Assembly (NCBI GenBank): GCA_000002435.2
Contig: CM018793.1
Direction: 5' to 3' (one strand)
Source of the DNA: Giardia intestinalis
Taxonomy: Eukaryota
Length of the DNA stretch: 64,000 nucleotides
Below are positions 56,463 to 64,000 of this stretch, in pieces. The number at the start of each line of letters is the position of its first letter. Position 1 is the first letter of the stretch. Under the pieces are notes generated by a model. That model had not been told where the DNA came from. It did not search any database and worked only from the letters and a program-made list of their open reading frames with translations. The translations under genes were made by a program, and so were the position numbers.

Positions 56463-59400
56463 TTAAATTATTTTTACTGATCGGTACTTGTACAGCTCGC
56501 GGAGTGCACAGAAGCCCTCGCGAAGGTACCAAGCATTTAATTTTGTGGGAATTTGAAAGATGATACTATCTGGGACAGAAAACTCTGCAGCCAAGAGCTT
56601 GGCCCGAAGTAGCCGCTCGCGGGAAACAAGTATTCCACGGTTTGCGACCCAAGCTGCAATTTTAAGAAGGTAGTGCTCGTCTGCTATCCTCCTGAGCGTA
56701 AGTGCCCGGTTGGAGTCTTGTTGGTCTATATTGTACTTGCACGGATCGATAATCTTAGACTGGCCCACGAACGAGTTTAATCCCGGAAACTTTAGGTTTG
56801 GTTGGGCAGACGCGATGATAGCCTCTTCCTTGTCTATTTGCTCCACCAGCAGTAGGGCCTCCTTCCGCGTCTCTTCAGCTTGGAGCTGCTTAGCACGTTC
56901 CCGACGAATGTACGCATGATACCGCCATTCTAGAAAGCATGTTTCTTTGAGGAGATAGACGTGAAGTCTGTTGATTCGCCTGTAGCGTGTGGTTAGCATT
57001 TCAGTTCTAGTTGCCCACTCGTCGAAAACTCCTACTAGCAATCTCTTGCCAGGAAAAGCACGATAAAACTTCTTTGCTAGCTGCGCCTCGATGAAGTGTT
57101 GGCGCCAATAGCTGATGCATATGTGGCAGCTGACGCGCCTGTACCATATTTTTGCCTGCCGCAGCGTTGGATTGTTTGTATAGTGATGATCAAGTGTTAG
57201 TGAGATATCATTGTCAGAGTACACTGTCTTCATTTTTGGCTCATTTTGAGTAGCATCTTCCCGCCAAGAATCGTCAGCAAAGCGAATACTCTTCTTGCGT
57301 GTCTTTTCCTTTTGCTTTTCTATTGTGTGGTCTATCCTAATAAGCGCTTGGGTGCAGCACTCTCCGATGTCCCCGTCACAATCAGAGCCATCTGTCATGG
57401 TGGGTTCATTTGCTGCCATTTTGCCGTTACGCTCTAGTCTATCAAAGCGCCGTGCAACCTCATCTTTGAGCTGTGTCAGGTTCTCCTTGGATAAGACTTC
57501 TATGTGATGTGTAGGAAGGGGCTCGGCTACTCCGCTAACACGCTTTTCTTTCTGCTGAAGTTTAGCCAACTGGGGAACCACTTGGCGATACGCTTCCCGA
57601 AGCTCGGTGGCTGTTTGCGGAGAGTAGATAGACCAGTAGTCATCTCCTATATCTCCGAGGGTCAGATCTCCTTCCTTAGGCGCAGCTTCTGGCCCTTCAT
57701 AATCCTCATCATCACTGCTTTCTAGATCGAAATGAAGCGTCTTGTCCATGTCTACATGTCCATTAGTGTTGCCATCATAGGACCGCGTGTCAGTAGTAAA
57801 CTTTACCCTTGTCTGTGAATCTGAAAGATCCTCTAGAGACTCAGAGTCTGTATCTGACCAACCTTCGAAGTGGAGCGCTTTGCTGGACGGCTTGAGCGCT
57901 TTGGGTGCGTCTGTAAAGCCTGCTGTTTTAATAAAGGAACCACCAAACGTGAGCTCCTTCCAACTCGAAAAGATTGTCTTTAAGGTTTGAGTTCTGTAGG
58001 TACTCCCTCGGCGGTCTTCATCTTCCAACACTTCCTTCCACCGTAGAAGCGCTTGACTTACAACACTTCTCAGCACTTGCTTAAGTTTGCACTGATGACG
58101 TAGTGTGTGAAATGTTCGCTCTAATAGATCGGCATTCTGAACTTCTCTACATCTTCTTGATATTTCTGACTCAGCCAGGTTCTGTGCATGAAGGGTCAGT
58201 AAGGCGGCCAAAGCAGGACGTAGATAAAGCCGTTTTTCAATTTCACGCAATATGTGTGTCATCTGCTCCAATCTGCATCTCCGGTTTTGAACAAGAGCCA
58301 TCCAGTACTTCAGCTGCCTTCTCATGACGATGAATTTGAATAGATTGTCCGATCTGTTGTCCCATTCTTGCCCCTCGCGATCGATCTGCTTTTGCATTGC
58401 TCGAAATGCTGTACGCATTGTGAATCTAATGGAAAGCTCTCGGGCCATGTGGGTCTCACTGGCCTTCTGCAACATTATACAGTTCTGAAGCCTCCTCAAC
58501 ATGAAGATGGCAAATGACCGTCTGCCCAGGTACTTATTATAAAAAGAGGAAAGGAGGACCCTGTGTAGAATAAGCCGCATAGCCAGGAGTGCACGGGCTT
58601 GCAAAAACGCAAGACTAAAAAGTTCGGCAACCTCCAGGAGGGTGTATTCATTAATATTATTCGCTGCAGAAAAAGAGTCGATGTCAAACGTTTGGTACTT
58701 CACTAGCGCGCTCACTTGAGAGCTGCTCAGGTGGATAGGTACACACGAGGCCCCATAGAATAAAGTTTGTCCCCTATATAGCCTGTTTCTAATGAGGATG
58801 GTGGTGTCAAACAGCTTCTGAATCTGTGTGGAAGTTAAAAGAACTCTGTTAGAGCATTCTAATGATTGATCAGTGCCTCCAGTGGCCAGAAATGGAGTCA
58901 AGTAAGAGGCCTTGGCTGCAGCCCGTGCACTAGGCTTTGCGGTCAGTTGGTCTAATTGAGTAGAATCTCTGTTATACTGAATATACGCAGAATTAGTGTC
59001 CTTATGACCACTCAGTAAATGCGTATCAAAGGAATCGCTGGCCGTTCCGCAAGAAGACATACTAGTGAAGGCATCAAAGGACCTATCTTGAACCACTATA
59101 CGTTCAAATAGATTCGCCGTTCTCTTCCTGCCACTGATTGAGTAACTACCTTCTCCCTCATCTGGGGCTATTGCACTAAGGGTATCTAGATACGTAGGAT
59201 AAGGGGTCGTGCGCACTTCTGAATATGCTGCTTCTGAAGGCTGAGATAGGCCTTGGTTGGGCTCTGCTGGACAAGAGAAGTGATATGGCGGAAACAAGGG
59301 AAGAACTCGGTCATCCCAGAAGCGACGCTTCTCAGAAATAGCTTTGAGCATATGCTTATGCGTCAAACCCACCACCTGACTAGCGACACGCAGCAACTTT

Positions 59401-60473
59401 GCCGACGGACTCGCTATTTTCCGTAGATACTGCAGCACGCGTTTGTAGAGGCTTAATTTGACATACTCGTCTACGAATATAAGGCAGAGATGAGACTTAT
59501 AGTTAAATAGCATAAGCACAAGAGCTGTTCTGAGCGAAAGTGAACTGTCTAATCTTGCCAAGTCCTGCTCAGAGCGCCGTAGATGGAGGTACCGGTTCTT
59601 CAGGGACGAATAAGCTCGAGCAACAAGAGTCCGTGAATAGGTAGTAGCAAGGTCTTCTAAGGTGGTCTCGCCGTCAAAGCAGTAGGTATATTCATCGCTG
59701 ATTGAGTGCTGCCAGTCTCCGGAAGCCGGTAAAAGGTCTTCCGCTGATATCTTAGACTGGCTCTCCTCCGTTGCTGGTCTGAGCTTATAGAGAACAATCA
59801 GTGCTACTACCTTGCGATTAACCTCTGCTAGCGAGCGAAGCATGATTCTCCTGAGCCTCGCCAGCTTGCAATTGGACTGTAAGTACATAAAGATAACCTC
59901 CTTTGAGATTCTGACGATCGATCTACGTAATTGATGGAGATCCCTGTGCTGCTCTGGTGAAGCATTACTTTGTAGGAGCCTCAGGCTTTCTTCGTGAGTC
60001 CGCTTTCTATCTATCAGCTTTGTAATAGCCTCCTTGTACCGGTGGCTCTGAATCCGGAGGCAGTGTCGCGCTAGCCGCAGTCTGTAGATCTTGACATCGC
60101 AGACATACGGGATGGGACAAGGGAAGCCCTCATCAAAAGAGTGCACAGAGAGAATGCTACAGTCACAAAAAGCTAGCAGCTGATAAAGAGTGGTTATTGG
60201 GGGAAACTCCGGCTGGATCACGGCCATGCATTCTCGGACTGTAATCATAGACGGCAAAGGGCGCATAGAACCTTGCTGTAACGCAGTAGAGTGTGTCTTT
60301 GGTGTGCAGATAGATGATCTTGGAGGTAGTGCAGGCTTAGATGCCTTATTTGAAGATTGATCTTCATTGTCGACAGCGAGATCCAGAGCTTTCGAAGTGT
60401 CACAGAAACCGGTATCTGTCTGTGGAGGCAACTGAGCCATCATCTTTGCAATTATGCTACTCGCAAGTTGCAT
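56463..60473 (-). CDS. hypothetical large protein (1336 aa)
   Basis: ATG verified (cat at 60471-60473) with an AT-rich upstream sequence. Helical, Leu/Arg-rich. No named domain. Confidence 0.6.
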   Translation of the reverse strand: MQLASSIIAKMMAQLPPQTDTGFCDTSKALDLAVDNEDQSSNKASKPALPPRSSICTPKTHSTALQQGSMRPLPSMITVRECMAVIQPEFPPITTLYQLLAFCDCSILSVHSFDEGFPCPIPYVCDVKIYRLRLARHCLRIQSHRYKEAITKLIDRKRTHEESLRLLQSNASPEQHRDLHQLRRSIVRISKEVIFMYLQSNCKLARLRRIMLRSLAEVNRKVVALIVLYKLRPATEESQSKISAEDLLPASGDWQHSISDEYTYCFDGETTLEDLATTYSRTLVARAYSSLKNRYLHLRRSEQDLARLDSSLSLRTALVLMLFNYKSHLCLIFVDEYVKLSLYKRVLQYLRKIASPSAKLLRVASQVVGLTHKHMLKAISEKRRFWDDRVLPLFPPYHFSCPAEPNQGLSQPSEAAYSEVRTTPYPTYLDTLSAIAPDEGEGSYSISGRKRTANLFERIVVQDRSFDAFTSMSSCGTASDSFDTHLLSGHKDTNSAYIQYNRDSTQLDQLTAKPSARAAAKASYLTPFLATGGTDQSLECSNRVLLTSTQIQKLFDTTILIRNRLYRGQTLFYGASCVPIHLSSSQVSALVKYQTFDIDSFSAANNINEYTLLEVAELFSLAFLQARALLAMRLILHRVLLSSFYNKYLGRRSFAIFMLRRLQNCIMLQKASETHMARELSIRFTMRTAFRAMQKQIDREGQEWDNRSDNLFKFIVMRRQLKYWMALVQNRRCRLEQMTHILREIEKRLYLRPALAALLTLHAQNLAESEISRRCREVQNADLLERTFHTLRHQCKLKQVLRSVVSQALLRWKEVLEDEDRRGSTYRTQTLKTIFSSWKELTFGGSFIKTAGFTDAPKALKPSSKALHFEGWSDTDSESLEDLSDSQTRVKFTTDTRSYDGNTNGHVDMDKTLHFDLESSDDEDYEGPEAAPKEGDLTLGDIGDDYWSIYSPQTATELREAYRQVVPQLAKLQQKEKRVSGVAEPLPTHHIEVLSKENLTQLKDEVARRFDRLERNGKMAANEPTMTDGSDCDGDIGECCTQALIRIDHTIEKQKEKTRKKSIRFADDSWREDATQNEPKMKTVYSDNDISLTLDHHYTNNPTLRQAKIWYRRVSCHICISYWRQHFIEAQLAKKFYRAFPGKRLLVGVFDEWATRTEMLTTRYRRINRLHVYLLKETCFLEWRYHAYIRRERAKQLQAEETRKEALLLVEQIDKEEAIIASAQPNLKFPGLNSFVGQSKIIDPCKYNIDQQDSNRALTLRRIADEHYLLKIAAWVANRGILVSRERLLRAKLLAAEFSVPDSIIFQIPTKLNAWYLREGFCALRELYKYRSVKII

Positions 60474-60554
60474 CTTTTGTCGTCAAGATTGTGTCACGGT
60501 TACGAAATTTTGAAAATTTAATTTACTAGGTTGCATGTGAGCCGGCGTCCTGAG

Positions 60555-63500
60555 TTAGGTTGCAATGCCTTTTAAGCAATTAGTCTGAAAGTTTAGCAGG
60601 CACTGACACACCCTGTGTATATAACACGAAGCACAAACCATACAGGGACGTTTCTGTATCTTTCCTAGATAAACTCCACACTGTGCGCACATAACACGTT
60701 CGCAACAGATACATGGCTGAGCTCCACCGATGAAGCGCTCGATTATATTGCTCTCCTGATTACACACATGACAGAGAGACCCTACGCCTGCATGGCGCAG
60801 GAGACTCCATTCACGAACCACATCCTTCACAGTTTTGTTGGTAACTATGCGATGCATGCTTGACGCCTTTGTGCTAACAAAATAGCAACGAACTAGGTTG
60901 TCTATGGGATTTGGGTCAACGACGAGCTGGAGCTTCAAGGGGGACTGTTCCAGAAGAGTCTGTATAATGTGGACATGTGCAGATGTGAACATGCTAGTGC
61001 CTGTATTATCAACCTTGAAGTTGGTCAATAGATTGATAAGTGATGGATTGAACACAGAGACTGTTAGAAGCATATGGAGTGCATTTATTGTAGCTGCAGG
61101 AGACGCACTGCTACCCGCAGCTTCAATTCGTTTTATGAGTTGCGCTTCTATCTTAGCTACCTTAGAAGTGAAAGGATTCAAGGAAGGAGGTTCCTCCGAT
61201 TGAGCGTTAAAGCAGCACCCGTAAAGCATAAGCAAGAGGAAGCTTGTCGGAGACCCACATCTAACTGCTAGTTCAAAGGGTGTTAGGTTGTGCTCGTCCT
61301 CATCTGCTACAGTGCCTGCCGAGATGTGGCCAATGGTCTCCAAGCGTATTAAGCAGAGAAGTTGAATGATTTTTATATCGTCATAAGAAAACTCTATAGA
61401 GCATCCACCAAGAACTCGCGATATTTTGGATATGCGCTCATATATGAATTCTAGTTTGTACCGCAGGGAGGCTGTCCACGCTATAACAGCCGTAGTGATG
61501 GCAAAACATATTGACGCTATGTTCGCTGTTCCATCCTCATAGATACGCGCCGAGTCATTTGAAGTAGAAAGAACCATCTCCTCCACAGACTCTACGTCTA
61601 CCATGCTTGATCCAAATGCTGGAGGTGGATTAGGAGGCTCTCCATTAATTACGTGGCGGTTGTACTTGTGGCCCTCAAACAGTTTCATGGTCTTGACCTT
61701 CCTAGCTTGTTTGGTAACTTCGTCCATTCGCATCATAAAGCTCCGGTCCCTGACTCGAAGTTGCAAGGCTTTGGCCGATGCGTATATGCTTAAGTTATTA
61801 GATAGGTGCTGCCCAATACCATATGTTGTCACAAGATTCTTTGTTGCACGCCTAAAAAGCTCTGGCACAGGATAGAGAGGTTCCGATCTGCTCAGAGGAT
61901 TGTAAGATTCGCTGGAGAAGTAATGCCAGGCAGACGTACCTTTCCTTGCCTTGCTAGGCTCCTCTATGTCAGGTGCGTATGAGATACCTAGTTGTGTAAA
62001 CGCCAGCACATACTTCAGGAGTCCCTGTCCGAAGTCTTGTCCGCGGATGATGAGTAGCGCAAGAAATGGGATTTGTCTAGGGCTCGAGCTAGTATTCAAG
62101 CCCAAACGCTTCGGTGTGTGAGAAAGCGTAGGAGTTTCTGGCTTTTTCCCTATAAGCCGTTCTTGTACAGTGACAATTAATGGCAGTATGCTTCGAACGG
62201 CCCCCTTTAAGCCGCAATCATCCAAGGATGTTGAAGAGCTCGAGAATGTAGATAAGTCCTTCAAAATGTTAGTTGAGCCAGCAATAATAGTGGTTTGCGC
62301 TATAGCGATTCTAGCTGCTGGCACAGATGCCAGATGGTCTAGGATAAATTCAATATATCGGTAAACACTTTTTTGGAGCCGTTTGTACTTGTCATTGACA
62401 GCAGACTCATGCTTTGATGAATTCTCAAATTGTGCAAGCGCTAATGTTCCCAGCAAAAAGAGCAAAACATCACAGCGGTAATGGGTTGCGGGCATAAGGC
62501 TACATAAAATGCAAAATATTCCGTAGTTATTAGTAAATATGGATACAATCACGGCATTCATAATCAGCTCTGCTCTCCAAAGGGTCTCGAAACTCAGATG
62601 AAGATCTGAAAATAGTTTTGACACTATCCCTTCGTCTGCCACATTTGGCCCTTCGGAGAGCAGGCTCCACACGCTGCTGTCGCAAGAGTCACAAGCAGAT
62701 CCGTTGCGCACTAAGCTAAGATAGCTTTCTAGTGAGGCTGCAATTCTGCTATTTCCATACTTAGCCCCTATTCTAGAAAGAACTTCTTCTCGAGCTATGT
62801 TTGATAAAAGCAGCATAAGGGCAATCTTGTTATTATAAATTACGGCGTCTACAATAACAGTAAGTAACGGAGGTGCCTCTAACACAGCATTGTAAACTTT
62901 GGCATACTCATCTAGAAAGTAGTGCGAGGTCAGTGTCTGCTCAGAGGTCTCGTATGTAAGGTTCTTAGATATGTTAGCTTGTTTGGGATAGTCTTGCAAT
63001 ACTGATAAGATAGAGGCATACTGATCCTCTATGGCCTTTACAGCATTTGGAGGATCCTCTACGAGAGGTTGTGGAGCAGCCATGTCTTTGTTGGTGCAAA
63101 CCTGCTTAACTGGTCTCATGATCAAGCAACCGTAGGACTTCAGTATTTGCAGAATGGCAGAGTAAATAGTTCTGTCCTTGCTAATGGCGGAAACGAGCTG
63201 ACTCTTGTCCTTTGCCATCATATTCAGAGTAGTCTGCTTCCACTCACGCAAATGCACAACAGCAACAGATTCCAAGGACGTGGCAATAACCTCATTAGGA
63301 TTTGCACGTGCAGAAAAATCCTTTAGTATTGAATAGGCATCCTGGGTGGTAAGATGCTCATCTGGGGTGATTTGAAAGACCCCTGTGGGAAACAGCAAAC
63401 AGTATATATCGATTGGAATACCATCATACCAGTTGAAGACCATTGAAAAGATTTCCTCGATAATGGCTTCATCACTTTCACTACTATCCGAACGGGCAAG

Positions 63501-64000
63501 CAATGCCATTCGTGAGGCGGAACCAGTGGCCTTAATCAATGAGCGAAGAGGACTCACCTGAAGCAAAAAGAGCAGAAGCGATTGCGAGTCAAGAAGTAAG
63601 ACGAGCTTGTTGTATTCCGTGATGAGTGCGTGTACTTGGTGAATGGTACGATTCCCTTTGAATATCATCGCAAAAGAGGTCACACCGTTGTAATCCTTCT
63701 CAGTAAGAAAGTCCAGGAGAAATGTGCTCTGATCTCCACTACTCTTTAGTAACAGCATTCGTGAAACGGCTCCCACCAGTTCTGAAACTGTGTGAAGCGA
63801 CCCACTGCGAATGGCACAGTGGAGGGTATTCCCAAGGGCCTGTGTGTACGCAGTGACATCACAAACAGTAGAGAGGAGCTTAATCTTGGATGCAGCCACG
63901 CCACTCATGCATGCTAATTGAAGTGGGCCCAAGCCAGCGTTGTCTGGGTGTGCAAAGTAATGAAACCCAACTCCACCTTCTACAGCCAAGAACGGAGAAA
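60555..64000 (-). CDS. hypothetical large protein, 5' end beyond the window, with a C-terminal Cys-rich (FYVE/RING-like) zinc-binding module
   Basis: The track lists 60555-63989 starting at a TTG (caa at 63987-63989), but the frame stays open to position 64000, so the true start lies outside the window. The C-terminus reads CHVCN...CICCERVMCAQCG...RPCMVCASCY, i.e. four Cys pairs. Confidence 0.6.
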   Translation of the reverse strand, partial: SPFLAVEGGVGFHYFAHPDNAGLGPLQLACMSGVAASKIKLLSTVCDVTAYTQALGNTLHCAIRSGSLHTVSELVGAVSRMLLLKSSGDQSTFLLDFLTEKDYNGVTSFAMIFKGNRTIHQVHALITEYNKLVLLLDSQSLLLFLLQVSPLRSLIKATGSASRMALLARSDSSESDEAIIEEIFSMVFNWYDGIPIDIYCLLFPTGVFQITPDEHLTTQDAYSILKDFSARANPNEVIATSLESVAVVHLREWKQTTLNMMAKDKSQLVSAISKDRTIYSAILQILKSYGCLIMRPVKQVCTNKDMAAPQPLVEDPPNAVKAIEDQYASILSVLQDYPKQANISKNLTYETSEQTLTSHYFLDEYAKVYNAVLEAPPLLTVIVDAVIYNNKIALMLLLSNIAREEVLSRIGAKYGNSRIAASLESYLSLVRNGSACDSCDSSVWSLLSEGPNVADEGIVSKLFSDLHLSFETLWRAELIMNAVIVSIFTNNYGIFCILCSLMPATHYRCDVLLFLLGTLALAQFENSSKHESAVNDKYKRLQKSVYRYIEFILDHLASVPAARIAIAQTTIIAGSTNILKDLSTFSSSSTSLDDCGLKGAVRSILPLIVTVQERLIGKKPETPTLSHTPKRLGLNTSSSPRQIPFLALLIIRGQDFGQGLLKYVLAFTQLGISYAPDIEEPSKARKGTSAWHYFSSESYNPLSRSEPLYPVPELFRRATKNLVTTYGIGQHLSNNLSIYASAKALQLRVRDRSFMMRMDEVTKQARKVKTMKLFEGHKYNRHVINGEPPNPPPAFGSSMVDVESVEEMVLSTSNDSARIYEDGTANIASICFAITTAVIAWTASLRYKLEFIYERISKISRVLGGCSIEFSYDDIKIIQLLCLIRLETIGHISAGTVADEDEHNLTPFELAVRCGSPTSFLLLMLYGCCFNAQSEEPPSLNPFTSKVAKIEAQLIKRIEAAGSSASPAATINALHMLLTVSVFNPSLINLLTNFKVDNTGTSMFTSAHVHIIQTLLEQSPLKLQLVVDPNPIDNLVRCYFVSTKASSMHRIVTNKTVKDVVREWSLLRHAGVGSLCHVCNQESNIIERFIGGAQPCICCERVMCAQCGVYLGKIQKRPCMVCASCYIHRVCQCLLNFQTNCLKGIAT

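Noticed and set aside
1-64000. CRISPR arrays, rRNA genes, prokaryotic operon, defence or toxin-antitoxin systems
   Set aside because: No short direct repeats with spacers and no rRNA-like conserved blocks. Gene content and signals (VSP, ankyrin 21.1-like genes, NEK, AGTRAAY poly(A) motifs) are eukaryotic, so prokaryotic system models do not apply.

Overview
This window reads as compact, intron-poor protist chromosome sequence, not a prokaryote. Every large ORF has a eukaryotic product, and intergenic spacers are tens of bp. Likely poly(A) signals of the form AGTRAAY sit just after stop codons. One gene is an unmistakable variant-specific surface protein (VSP): cysteine-rich, with many CXXC motifs, a GGCY motif and a C-terminal TM helix ending ...CRGKA. 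Together with four ankyrin/coiled-coil 'Protein 21.1'-like genes and an ankyrin-rich NEK pseudokinase, this points to Giardia intestinalis (lamblia). That is an inference from content, not a database match. I call about 30 genes: V-ATPase proteolipid c, a macro-domain protein, a NEK-like pseudokinase, a copine-like vWA protein, a USP deubiquitinase, a DECD-box RNA helicase, a TatD-family hydrolase, a small C2H2 zinc-finger protein, four ANK-coiled-coil-ANK paralogs in two tandem pairs, a 1661-aa type I membrane protein with ephrin-receptor-like Cys repeats, and many hypothetical proteins. The supplied ORF track uses alternative (GTG/TTG) starts and omits ORFs that run off the window; I corrected several starts to the first ATG. 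Reading the reverse strand by hand, I found a long edge-truncated ORF at 1-2110 that the track lacks. The most unusual structure is a single intact VSP gene (30101-31948) sitting between two perfectly identical 662-bp GC-rich inverted repeats (29125-29786 and 31991-32652). Each repeat ends outwardly in a 94-nt tRNA-like module. The whole 3.5-kb cassette lies in a 4.2-kb gene-free gap, which is very long for this genome. No CRISPR, rRNA or obvious transposase was seen.
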